A stretch of DNA of 63,456 nucleotides, the filler included, from Hausera hauseri (lineage: Eukaryota), in assembly GCA_046269625.1 (NCBI GenBank). It is 10 parts of 10 records of this genome, joined end to end, with 100 filler letters (N's around TTAATTAATTAA, not from the genome) between each part and the next. Parts side by side here need not be neighbours in the genome. Positions count along the whole stretch, not along the records: positions 9,293 to 16,512 come from JBJURY010030004.1; positions 16,613 to 22,160 come from JBJURY010232961.1; positions 22,261 to 27,641 come from JBJURY010266507.1; 7 more parts are not named here. One strand, written 5' to 3'. Positions 13,381 to 25,859 of the stretch are shown in pieces (the first letter of the stretch is position 1; each line of letters opens with the position of its first letter). A model generated the notes under the pieces. That model worked only from the letters and a program-made list of their open reading frames with translations. It searched no databases and was not told the DNA's origin. Position numbers and translations under genes: made by a program.

Positions 13381-14669
13381 TGTGTGGCAAGTGAGTTTGA
13401 ATTCTTTGTGAGATCTTGTTATCTCAGGACTTAAGGCATCACATGTGATTCCATGTAGCCAACATTATGCTCTGAGGTTGTGGTGTTTGGTGTTCCTCCT
13501 TCTCTCCACAAGGGGGAGGCCTTAATCGAGCTAAAAGGTGAGATTTGGTTTTTCCACTCAGTGCTGATGGGATCGCATATGAGGCACGGTTGAGAGTTGG
13601 AGGTGTCGACGAAGTCTGCCGGTAGACACCTTGCTTCTATTTATTTCTTGTGCTTGGTTATATTTGCTACTTCCTTTGACCTTTGTGGCCTTATGGCGTG
13701 AATGTTTTTTTTTTTCTTTCATTTTGAGCTTCCTCTATATCTATTCTAAACTTGAATAAAATTTTCATATATCGTCCGTCCATCCATCCATCCATTTTCT
13801 GTTCACCCTCGTCCCTAACGAGCTCTGGAAGATTTCCACATACCGGAAAAGTGTTTTAGAATAAAACATTTACCCTGATTTAATTCACACTTGCTAGAGC
13901 TTTACACAATTTCTGAACCGTATTATCAACGTCTGCTTAAATTAGAAAAACAAACATTTTGAAAAACCAAATAGGATGTAGTAAAGATATTTATTTTTAG
14001 AAATCTTATTAATTTTACACCACCACTCGCCACTGAAGAAAGCTTTTTGTAAGCTTTCTTTAGGTTTCCTGTGCACTTTTTCACCTTTATTGCTCTTTAT
14101 TGTTTTCAAGAGAAAAAAACACCGTTATTTCATTTATTTATTTTTTGTGTGACAGTATTTCTAGTACTTTTTAATATATTTAGTCTTTTCAACCCATTAT
14201 GTTCTGTGCCATGAAATTAGGTAGGATTAGTACCCTGTGACCTAACCAGCTAGGCTTTCCAGCCCCACCCTATTCTTGGCAGAAGGAGTTAGGCAGTTCC
14301 TAGGTGCACCTGCAGAGCCAAAGGTGGTTATTCAGGGAAGGTCCAGCACTTCCAGAGGGTAAGTAAATACAAAAATAAGAGTTTTTTGAAAGTTGTATTA
14401 TGAATGTTTTCTATATGAGTGAAATGTGCTGCTTTTTGGTCTTTGTTTTTTTCTCTTTTTACAAAATTTTAACAAAATTGAATGAGAGGTGAAGACTTTG
14501 TGAGCAAATGCTGCCCTCTTTAATTTATATTACATTAGAATTTTATCTCGTTGAAATTCTTCAGGAAAGCTAAAATATTCAGTTCTCATAGGATCTTAGA
14601 TGAAAAATTACTTATACAAATGATGCCAATAGTGAGATCTGTGTGATAAAAGAGCTACATCATTTTTAT

Positions 14670-14727
14670 ATCTATCTATCTATCTATATCTATTTATCTA
14701 TCTATATATATCTATATATATATATCT
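14670..14727. repeat. ATCT/AT microsatellite
   Basis: Seen directly. Confidence 0.85.
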
Positions 14728-14987
14728 GTGTGAATATGATAAACAACTTGCTGTCGCTCTGTTACTCCAAAAGAGGGAGTCATTCCCAGAGACACAGAAA
14801 TGTGAGATCTGGTTTTTCCGAACCTCAGAGGATCACATTTGATCCCGGGTAATGTCAAGGAATTCTCTGTGCCAAAGTCTTCCGATTTGTATCCTTTCGT
14901 ACAGAATGCTTTTAAATGCATGCATGGAAATCCACCCAACTGAAATTGCTGTTTTTTAAGGCTCGTCTTATCCTTCTGCGTTCCTAG

Positions 14988-16512
14988 AACCGCATCCACA
15001 ACGAGCGACTTTCCCAAGACTTTCTTTTGAAGGAGATGGATGACACGCTGCCACCGAGCTGGAGAGGACTAATCAGCTCTTTGCCGATTGCAACGCCTGA
15101 ACCGGTGAGTGTACATGCAAGGCCTATTTTGTCGTACACATCGTAAACTAATTCTAATTTCTTTACTTCCTTATTGCCGGCGAAGCGTTTCAACCCGATG
15201 GAAACAATCGATTTTGAGGATTTAGACGACTCAGCTGTGCCCTGCGGTCAAGCGCGTGACACCGGGGCAGTGATGCAGCCCTCGGCCGACCCGGAAGTGT
15301 CCATTGACCCCAGAGGAGAGTCTCAGGATGTAAATATTAGTTTCAGCCAATACGAGGATCTCCTCGCTAGACTGAGCACACTAGAAGAAAGCGTCGCCAG
15401 CATTCAGAGCCAACAGTCGACGCCAGTAAAATCCAGCAACGAAACCCGGGTCTTTGGATCGGCTAAAAAAGGACAGACGGTGGATAAAAACGCACACAGC
15501 TCTGACCTCTACGGTAAGGTCACTCTAAAGACAAGTCCTTCCTCTGTGAGATTGTTGCCAACAAAATGAACGGTATGGATGTGGATGAATGGGATTATTT
15601 TGCAAGGGACTGCTATCATTTGGGCATCCAGAATAACTTTGACTATTGGCGATTCTTAAAATTTGCAAGTGAAGTCGATGGGAACTTTTTCCAAGTTAAA
15701 TGACCAAAACAAAGTAGTTCAAAATCAGACTGCCAGTTAATGAATCTAAACCAAACTCTCTTCCCTCAGAGGTCATTCTAAAAGATTTCGAACGGGCTTG
15801 TGTGGGAGCACGCACGGGAACGAGGGATTTAGACAACGCACACCAAGCTAGGAGTCACGCTAAGCGGTTCTGCCTGTACATGCTCGGTGGCATGCCGTCT
15901 CCCACCGGGCCGCTGGACCTGGGATTCTTGGACCAGAAGGACAAGCTGTGCAGGTGTGTGCTGCTGTGTCCACAAAAAAATCGCGTGCTATTCGACAGAA
16001 GCAGGTGGAATCAAATGTAAAGTGTAAAAGCGAATGAGAAGATTGACTGTCATTCCCTAGGTATCCAAAACACCTTGAAGACAAGGGGTACGCCCCGACT
16101 ACCGTGAAACACATGCTGTGCAATGTGGTGAAATTCCTGAAGCACATTGAATCGAACCATCAAAGAGCTGGCAAGCTGTCTCAGGAACAACTTTCTGAGC
16201 TCTTGCATGAGCTCAAGACGCTGCAGACTGGGGTGTCCAAAAAGGTGACGGTACACAAAGACAAGGTTCTGCGCACGAAAGCCGGTAAGAGCTTCCATCC
16301 TGCCATCTACGCGTTTCTTTTTCATCTGTTTTCTGGAAGAACGTTTGAATTTCTGATGTTTACACAGAGATGGACGCCCCTGCAGAGAAGGATGCCCCCG
16401 CAGAGAAGGATGCCCCTGCAGAGAAGGACGCCCCCGCAGAGAAGGACGCCCCCGCAGAGAAGGATGCCCCCGCAGAGAAGGCCGCCCCCGCAGCGAAGAT
16501 CGCCCACCCCAC
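14988..16512 (+). CDS. 5' half of the same tyrosine-recombinase-like gene family (core-binding region), multi-exon, truncated at contig end
   Basis: Exons with GT-AG bounds near 14989-15104, ~15186-15513, 15770-15953, 16061-16284 and 16368-end; peptides [57 protein letters not shown]. Confidence 0.6.
16373..16500 (+). repeat. 18-bp coding tandem repeat (DAPAEK x ~7)
   Basis: gacgcccccgcagagaag units seen directly. Confidence 0.9.
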
Positions 16513-16612
16513 NNNNNNNNNNNNNNNNNNNNNNNNNNNNNNNNNNNNNNNNNNNNTTAATTAATTAANNNNNNNNNNNNNNNNNNNNNNNNNNNNNNNN
16601 NNNNNNNNNNNN

Positions 16613-19600
16613 GAGTGGACACCGTGAAGGATTAAAATCATCAAGGGAATTATATGAAGGCTCGAGGGTAGAGAAGTTAGAGTTGGGATTTGAAACAATG
16701 CTGTTATCCTGGTCATTGTCAACAAAGAAAGCTGGCTTAAGATTAGAAATGCGTACGTTTTGATGTTTGTCCTTGCTTAAAATGGTAGCGGTGTGCGAAG
16801 AAAGGTTCAGTAATTTGTAAGGGCCAACGTATTGGGGCCAAAAACCAGAAAGTGACGGATCTTTCAGCCATACAAACTTGGCTGAGTATAAGTCCTCTAG
16901 AATATAGGATTTATTGTTGTTAGAGACGAAAGAATGAATCTGAGCTGACCTCGACGAAGTGAGATTGTGCTGCACGAATGTTTTCGTCTGTAAAGTTGTC
17001 TTTGAGATCAGAAAGTTCAATTAAGGCCCAAATTGGAGTCCCAAACAGTGCCTCAGCTGGAGCACAGCCCGTGGTGGTGGAGGAAGAATTGAACAAGAGG
17101 AAGAATTGAGTTCCGGTTATGTTTGTTGTTTGCCAGGATTTTAAGGAAATCTTCATGGTGCGATGAAATCTCTCGAGAAGACCATTTGCTTGGGGATGGT
17201 ACGGCGTCAGCTTCAAATTGCGGACCCTGGTCCGTTATGATATGACGTGGTGAGCCAAAACGGCTGACCCATATCTTGATAAATGCATCTGCTACTGAGT
17301 CGGTGTTTGTTGATGGAAGCGGAACGGCTTCAGGCCAGCGGGAAGCGCGATCCATTATGGATAAGATATATTGATAACCATTGTCGGAAGGTAGAGGACC
17401 CACAAGATCCAAATGCACGGTTTCAAAACAATAAGTGCAAGGGAAGTGGTAAAGTGGTGGTTTGAGGTGTTTGTGGATTTTATATTGCTGAAATGCTACA
17501 CATCCTTTACCCAGATCTGTACATCGGTACGCATAGTTGCCATACAACGTGGCGTTGCAAAAGATGAAATGGAGCTTTTGAATCCGGATGATGAAGAGAG
17601 TGAAAATGAGTGAAAGCTGTCTTCTGTAACGATGGAGCTGAATAGTTTTCTTGTTAGTCGAGTTGGAAGTGTCATAAGCAATGTCATCAATGATTTCAAC
17701 AGATTTAAAAGTTTTAAAATATCAGATGATGGCTGATTGCTTCTCAGGACCTCAGAGGATAAAATTGGCTGAACAGTAATTAAGTTAACCGACCGTGAAA
17801 GAAAGTCCTCTACTAAATTTTCGGTGCCTGAAATATATTTCATGGAAAAACTAAACGTCGACAGGTATGATATCTGTCTTTCTTGTCTGGGTGAGGGCTG
17901 TTTCACAGTCATTATGTGAAGTAAAGGCTTATGGTCGTTTTGGATGGTAAATTGGCGTGAAAGAAGCAAGTACTTGAAATGCTTTACCTTTAGAACTACA
18001 GCCAAGAGCTCACAATCGAATGTGGAGTATCGGCTTTCCGGTTGCGTAAGCTTTCAGGAATAGAATTCTAATGGTTCATCGATGCCACTATATATTTGGT
18101 GTAATATTGCACCAGTTGTTGTGGTTGAGGCATCGGTAGTTAATATTAGTTCAGCGTTTGGCTTTGGGAATGCCAAGAATTCCACAGTTTTCAGACCTTC
18201 ATGAAGGCGATCAAAATGATTTACTAGGTAGGAAGGCCAATGGATTAATTGTCTTTTCTTCCCAGATGAGAAGTGTGCGAAAAGTGCCGTTAGTTCGGAC
18301 CAGTGTGGGACGTATTTGTGTACGAAATGCAGTGTCCCTAGAAAACTCCTTATATCGGTAGTAGTAGTTGGCAACGTCACATTTTTTAATTATTGTAAGC
18401 GATCAGGCTGGGATGAATGCCCTTTGGGAGTATTTATGTGGCCTAAGAAGTTGACACGTTTCTGGAAGAAATTGTATTTGGCGAAATTAACTTGCAGGTT
18501 GTTTGATGCAATCTGTGGAAAATGATCCTAAGGTGCTCATAATGTTGTTTAATAGAGCTGGAAGCGATTAATATGTCATCTGTGTATGGATGAGCGAAAT
18601 TAAGACCAGAAATAACGGTGTAAATGTGGCGCTGAAAGGTCTGAGATGCACTACATAGGCCGAAAGGCATGACGATGTACTCGTAAAGGCCAAATGGTGT
18701 GATAACAGCAGTTTTTGAAATGTCCTCAGGTGCAACAGGAATTTGATAATAGACCTTGTGCAGATCAATGGTAGAATATGTATTGGTGTTGATTAAGCTA
18801 TAAAGTATATATTTAATGAGTGGTAGTGGATAGGCATCTGTAATAGTTAGATTGTTTAATTGTCGATAGTCGCCACATGGCCTATAGGTACCATCTTTCT
18901 TTACCACTACATGAAAAGGAGAAGCCCACGGTGAATTTGAAGTGCGAATGATGCTAGACCTTTCCAGTTCATTAAATTCCTGTTCTACAGCTTTACGTCT
19001 GCGTGGCGACAATGGTCTGACCTTTTGTTTGATAGGCCTCTGATACTCTGTTACTATGTCATGATAATTTGAGGATGAGAGCTTGAAGTTGATGTCTCTT
19101 TTAACTATGTGAAAGCATGACGTCGTGATGTACCATTTAAAATCGGAGTTTAGAGATAAGAATGAATAAGGCATATTATAAGAAAGAACAGCTTCAGTGA
19201 TTGGCGAAAAGCAGCTGGCATCGCTACTGTCGACGCCTAATTTGGATTTTTGCTTTAGAATAGATTTATGATTGTCGTTCACAATTGAAATATTACCGAC
19301 TTTATCGGAACTAATTTTTATAGATGACAAAGCGTTCAACATGTTCACAGATGAGTGCAATGAATTGCTCACTCAGTTGTCTACGAGACACATGTTTGGA
19401 GTTGCAACCGAGTTCCTGCTTAAAAGATAGCCGTATTTGCAATCGACCATTAGATCATGTGTGGCAAGGAAATCTGAGTCTATTATGGGAGATTTAATGT
19501 TGGCCACGTGGAACTTTCAGCCAAACTTATTTGGCAAGTTGGCGAATGTGAAAGTCAGTTCTGTGGTTCCTGCAGCAGGCAACGGTTGACCATGGCAGTG

Positions 19601-20700
19601 AAAGGCGGCAGACAGGAAATTATAGTAAATGTAGGAGTGAAGGACAAGGGAAGGAGAAAAAAGGCAGTTCCTGAGTCTATAACGTAGTTAATATGTGAAG
19701 TATCTTTGCATAACAGTGCAGCTTTCAATAGAAAGACTGCAAAGACGGTGTTGAAACGGCCAAAAGATTGAGCGATATTGCCTGCGCCAGAAAGTGCCGT
19801 AAAATCTGGCGGTATTATTAGGTATTTTGAAGGTTTTGGGGAACAGGACGAAGAAGAAGAATAGGGAGGAGATTTATCATTGTAATGGTTACAGCCAGGC
19901 ACGCATGATCTAGCCTGTGACTGGAAATTATTGTGGTAGACACAAACAGGATTGTCCACAGTGTACCGTTCGCTGTAGAACAGACAACCCAAAAAGCATT
20001 TCCTTGTATCTCTTCAAAATCACGTGTGATAAAAGCAAGCCATACGTCCGCCAGGTGATATGGATCGAGTAGATTGTCTTGACATGTTTCGTGCCCTTGA
20101 AGGTCTTGTTTCACTTCGTCGAGGCTTATTAAGATTATTTAGTTAGGAAGTAATAACCGAAATCGACTGCTGTAACTTATCAAACTGTTATGCATCATTT
20201 GCAATTGTTGAGTGAAAAATGTTGTGTCTGTAGTTAAAGCACATGTGGTGGCAGCCGCAATTGGGAGAGAACTGTTGGTGCGGAGAATCAAAAAGGATTT
20301 ACCAGCCATTATTGCCAGTTTTTCGATAGCAATAGATTCGTCGACAACGGTTAGTAAGGCTCTGATTGAGGTAGGCAGCGGTGACAAAAAATAAGGACGA
20401 ATTAAATGCGCGTTATTTGTAGGTGTCACTCCTAGCGCGCTGAGCTGCAAAATAGCCGTTTGGATAAAGTCGGATGGCTTTTGACTTCATATCGCGTGGT
20501 CGTTAAAATACTTTTGTATTATATTGTCAATCGAAAGATCCGTAACATGCAGTACAGCTTCGCAGAGTGTCTTGTAAGATGTCGAGGATTGGAGCAGCTC
20601 GGAGATGTTACTAATCTGGTGCTTGAGGTTGGCAGGCAGAAGAATTAAAAAACTATTAGCTCGCACATAAAAAACAGTAATGTTGTTTGATTTTAGCTAC
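16613..20700 (-). mobile_element. Ty3/Gypsy LTR retrotransposon internal region, CsRn1/Kabuki-like (gag-PR-RT-RH-IN), degenerate
   Basis: gag with CX2HX9CX3C motif(s); protease IDSG; RT SPWASP..RPCGDYRQLN..DAYPLP..MPFGL..YTDD; RH TTDAS; IN HLDLVGPLP, TDQGPQF, YHPQANGLLERFHR; GPY motif. Confidence 0.92.
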
Positions 20701-21339
20701 TGTTGGTGGAATTGGAGCCATGGTTTGCTGGACTTGTTTTTGTCGAGGAAAAATTCCACACAAGGTAAATTTAACGGATCTCGTGACTGTTGGGAGTGTG
20801 GCAAATGATAGATGTTGCCGGTATTTGTGGATTTATTATCCGAGAAGGATGTATTGGGATCCGATCCACCACAAAGATGAAAATGGAGCGTGAGATAGGT
20901 AACTGGACATTCGTGGTATACTAAAGACAATAGGGAGTCGACAGGATGTACAGCGATATCTCGATGTGTAAAATAGAAGTTAAGCATGTTGAGCTAGGAG
21001 GATAAAGAGGTGTATAGTAGCAGCGCTGTGGCGTTGAGTGGAGCTTTAATGGGTGTAGTGTGTTGATTATTGCTGAAGACAAGGAAGGAGAGGTTCAGCG
21101 AAATAATCTTAGGAGAATGGTGAAATGCATGGGGAGCTTGGGCGGTTTCTTTTGTTAACAAGAGGGATGGGCATGCAGCCGGGTTAGCGGTTGCAAGTGA
21201 TGAATGGGATAAATGAATATCCAAAGATATCGAGCATAAAACCCTTTAAAATGAAAAATGGTGTGAGCTATGAAGGATTTGTAAATGCGCAAAAGATGGC
21301 CGCACCGGTGGGAGCAAATTAGTAAATGAACTTCACCAA

Positions 21340-21880
21340 CCTGTGTTTGACTGTAATTTTGCTGAACTCCATGACAGTATCCTCATCATGACCAATCATT
21401 GACGATGTGATTTTGATATAGAATGATTGCGCTGAACAAGTTTCACCGGGACCGAATGCTTTTAAATTGAAATGGACACCGTGTGAACTGATCTGTCTTT
21501 GTGGTAAGAGGATATTAGTATATGCAATTTGAGGAGCCTTTCCTTAAATTCGAAAACTATTCGGATCACTATGGTCACTTTTGCCTGTCAACTTCTGGGA
21601 CCTGATTTTAGAAGTGAAATCTGAGGAACAAGTAACATTGTTCATATAAAACGTTCGAGCACTGTGTTCGACTGGTACAGATTTAAATTTGTTTGTATAC
21701 CGATTAGTCCAGTTCAAAATGAACCCAGTTATTGGTGCCGTACTGTCAGCTATGCCGCGAGATTTCCAGCTGATACAAACACCATTTTCCATCTTTCAAA
21801 TATCACTAATGCTTAGTGCTCGTGGCAAACCATTTCTTGATTCTTGGATGGTATCTGATGAAATCGGAAATTGTACTGCA
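21340..21880 (-). pseudogene. Dscam-like C-terminal fibronectin type III exon with two in-frame stops
   Basis: Read-through translation ISWKS..APITGFILNW..RTFYMNNVTCSSDF..IRS..GKSDHSD..*GKAP..VHFNLKAFGPGETC..FYIK follows the pattern of the last FN3 domain of Dscam and the segment after it; putative donor at ~21340. Confidence 0.55.
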
Positions 21881-22744
21881 CATATATGAGAACGTGGAAA
21901 ATTATTCGACGGACTTTATTAATAGCGAATTGTTTTTAAAAACATTCAAATTTGAATGGTCACTTAACTGACTTCCAATTTCGCAAATAATCAGTGACTT
22001 TTTTATAAAGTTGATAATCACCAAAAAGCATAGTTGCAAATAGTATGATACATGGTGTTAATAGAAATTTCATTCGTTCGATGATAAGTGCCAGTACCAA
22101 ACATGTAAATGACATGGCAAAATGATAAATAAGTTCCGGTCTGTTATTTAGTAGGTGGTCNNNNNNNNNNNNNNNNNNNNNNNNNNNNNNNNNNNNNNNN
22201 NNNNTTAATTAATTAANNNNNNNNNNNNNNNNNNNNNNNNNNNNNNNNNNNNNNNNNNNNCCAAACCTTTCCTTCCTTCCCGGGGGGGGGGGGGGCTTGA
22301 CGCCATGCACTCACATCTACCTACTGTCTGTATATAGACTTGGAATTCGGGATTAGTACGATTACGTACTGTTGTAGAAATTCGTCGATACTATGTCGGC
22401 TGGTCTTCATGTCGGTCTGAGTACTTACCAGTCTGAAAAAGAAAATGTAAAGGTTAATCTTAAAACAAAGTATGGCTTTAAACCAAAACCAATTCTTTGT
22501 CTGGTGATAGAATAACCTGATCTGTAGTTGTCAGGTTATTTTATCATATTGATCTACTGGGACGCCCGGCCGTGTGCAACCAAATGAACCACAGGGCGCC
22601 GGCCGCTGTGGGCACGACATCAGTCCCCCCCCCGTGGGAAAGAGAAAACTAAGGGGTAAAAGAGATGGAGAGAAAAAAATCGCAAAATGAAAAAGTGTCT
22701 GTATCAGCAGATCTTAGTGGGAACAAAACGTTGGATACCTTTTA

Positions 22745-25275
22745 TTAATTTTACCCTACTATACTTGCACCATATATAAATCATGTTCTGACATCAACAC
22801 TTCGGTTCGTAGACCCTTTCGAATAACTATCAGTTTCTTTCCTTTTCGTTCGTAATATAAAATGTCTCCCTTGTTTTTGTCATTTAAGACGCAGTATTTA
22901 TGTCCATGTCTGTGTAAATGTTTCTTAAATTGTCGTCACTTTGGTATGATACCCCTTTTAGCAAATTTTATAATCTGCTAAATAAATTTATCCTTTCTTT
23001 TTTCTGTGGAGATTTTAATTGCATTATCCATCTTTAAGGCGCGTTGGCGATCTACTATTGCTTCAAGTTGGCTTTTCCTCATTACCGTGATTGCTCTTGT
23101 TTTGGTCTTTAATCTCGATAACGCATCGGCGTCTACATGTTTATTTCCTGGTTTATACTGGAATTCTATATTGTATCTCGATATTTATTTGATCCGTCTA
23201 TTAAGCCTACATGTCAAGTTATTCGTTTGGACTTTTAAAGTCGTAACGGCTTTGTGATCAGTGACAATTATAACTTTCTACATGTATACGTAAACGTTGA
23301 AGTGTCGAAGTGCTTCTTTTACGGCTAGAGTTTCTAACTCGGTAACAGAATCATTTTTCTCGGCATTCTTTAAGGAACGTCCTCCATTAAGCTAATTCCT
23401 CATATTCTCTTTTCTGTGCTAATTCATATCCAATGCCTTCTTTACTGGCGTCCGTTTTGATTATGAAGGGTAAGTTAAAGTCTGGGTACCGAAAACAGGT
23501 TCGATTGTTAATATTTTCTTCATTTCATCGAAGGCCTTTTGTTTGATATGCATCCATTTCCATTTAATTCCTTTTTTAAGTAGACAATACAAAAGCGCAT
23601 TTATTTTTGAGTTGCCCGGCACATAGGTGGCGTAATAACCACAGAGTCCTAGACAGTGCCTTAACTCCTGGCTAGGATTGTGGTTCCATACAATCTGATA
23701 TTTTGTTTAATAACGACTTATTTGATTTCGATTCGCCTTCTCCAACTATATGGCCGAGGTATGATACTGCGTTCTAAGCCCATTTGCATTTCTTTGGATT
23801 TAATTTTAAGCCGGCTTGTTTTAGCCTCATTAATGTGTGTTCAATATCCCTTAAATGTTCCTCTTTGGTCCTTGATGCAATCATTACGTCATCCAAGTAC
23901 GCGAAAGCATGGTCCAATCCTATCAACATTTTGTTCATCATTCTCGTAAAAATAGCTGGTCCGGCAGTGATGCCGAATGGCATAACGTTAAATTCGTAAA
24001 CACCATCATGGGTCTTAAACGCTGTCGTGTATCGATCCTCATCCTCGATTTCCACCTGCCAGTATCAGGATTATAGATCCGGAGTGGTAAACCATTTTGC
24101 TCCTAAGAGTCTGTCTAAACTTTAGACTCTAAAGCCTCTTTTACTGATGGTAAGGGGAAGGAATCCTTCATCATAAGGTTGTTTAATGCTTTGTAGTCAA
24201 TATAAAATCGATGTTTTGTAGTGTCTTTCTTTTTATCCATGAGGATCGGTGAATACCAAGATCTACAACCAGGTCTAATTATATCGACCTTAAGCATTTG
24301 TTAGACTTCCTTCTTTATTTTAGGCCTTAGTGAATGTGGCGGAGGATACCATTTTGGCATCTTCTTTTCTTCTAAGTCTATTTCTTCGTTTGAACCAGGC
24401 TTTTTCTTGAGTGGAATATTCAGTTTCAATGCTTTCGCTCTACCGATATCTTTTTCGTCCTTAGCAATAACCGATTTATAGCGGCATAATAATTCATAGA
24501 ATCGACAATAAGACTCAGATGAAAACTTAGTTTCGACATGAGGTGGAAATTCGGCATACTTATAAGGCTTTTCTTCAATAGTTATAGACGACACTCTGTA
24601 CGTATCTCCTAGAGTAGTATAAGCATAAAGCTTTACGGGTTCCGGTGCGCTATTTGCTATCCTGATTGGTATATGACCGGAGTGTACTTTTGTCAGTACG
24701 TTGCTGAGCGTTATCTTTGGATTTAAGGTCTCCTTTGGTTCAAAATATACCGGTTGATCGTCATCTTTTTGAACTTGAGCATAGATTATTATCTCTGTTT
24801 GTGGCGGAATGTCTTCATCGACTGGTATCCACACTTATCCGAACTTCCAATCTTTAGCGTTTCTTATACCTTTATTTGGTCTGATTTCTATCAATTTTCC
24901 TGTTTGCAAGTAGATCGCTATATTTGGTAACCTTTTCAGTAGATCACACCCTAAAACTACGTCGTCGGTTAGCTGTTCCATAACTGCGAATTCATGACGA
25001 AAAAACTGTCCAACTATTTGAACTTCCGGGTTCCATTTGAACATCGGTTTCAACATTTGGCCAAAAGCTCCTGTACTTCCTGGATCTTTTGTAGACGGTG
25101 TGTATAATTGTCTCCTGAGCGTTTTAGGTACTGAATCATTTTTAATGTTAGACATCGCCGACCCTGTATCAATTAATGCATAAACTTCCCAGTCTTCAAT
25201 AATGATTTTAGCGAAAGGTCTTCCTTCTATTACTGTTCCGAAACAGTTTGATGCTACTTTTTGGCATTTAGTCAC
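22745..25275 (-). pseudogene. Gypsy pol (protease, spacer, RT, RNase H, start of integrase), copy A of the glycoprotein-bearing family
   Basis: ALIDTGSAMS protease motif; RFYIDYKALN, DSFPLP, TAFKT.DGVYEFNVMPFG, YLDD; IKTDAS and TDHKAV RNase H motifs; colinear with 58632-61200. Confidence 0.92.
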
Positions 25276-25859
25276 CGGTATTTTATGTCTATTGATTCGT
25301 ATTTTTGGGGAGGATACTATATTCTCTGCCAGTTGGGGTATAATTCATTGTTTTCGATGTTTAATTCTTCCGCTTCATGAGTACTAATTAATGTCTCTCG
25401 GTTGTTAGTGTGCGGTTCTATGTTTCGGAAAAGTTCTTAACTTCGAGTTTCCCCAGACAGGTGGTTTAGTCTCTATATTACGAGGTTCCCTCGGGAAATA
25501 CAACATTCTGGGATCATCTCCGGACTGTCGGTAGCACATTTTCCGTAAAAGGCCGTAACGTTTCGTTCTTTCGTAAGGGTCTTCTATATTAACCATCCTT
25601 TTATAGATTTCAGTCTGGTATAAACTCGTGGACCGGTTATCACAGTCTTCGTAGACTGGAGCGGTAGGGGATAGCATAGGCAATGATGCTTTAATGACCG
25701 AATACGTCTTATATCTGTTTGTTCCTGAAGGTACTTCTCCTCCCTTAGGCTCGTCGTCGTCTGAATTATTTCTTCGCTTATTAGGTTTTGTAAATTTCCA
25801 CTTGTACAAGAAGATAGGCCTTTCTTTTCGTTTACGATTATAATAACCGACATGACGTT

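Noticed and set aside
21325-21345. TGGTGAAG as the primer-binding site of the CsRn1-like element
   Set aside because: Does not match the tRNA-Trp PBS (TGGTGACCCC) beyond 6 nt; no LTR pair is identifiable, and the upstream sequence looks like a host exon
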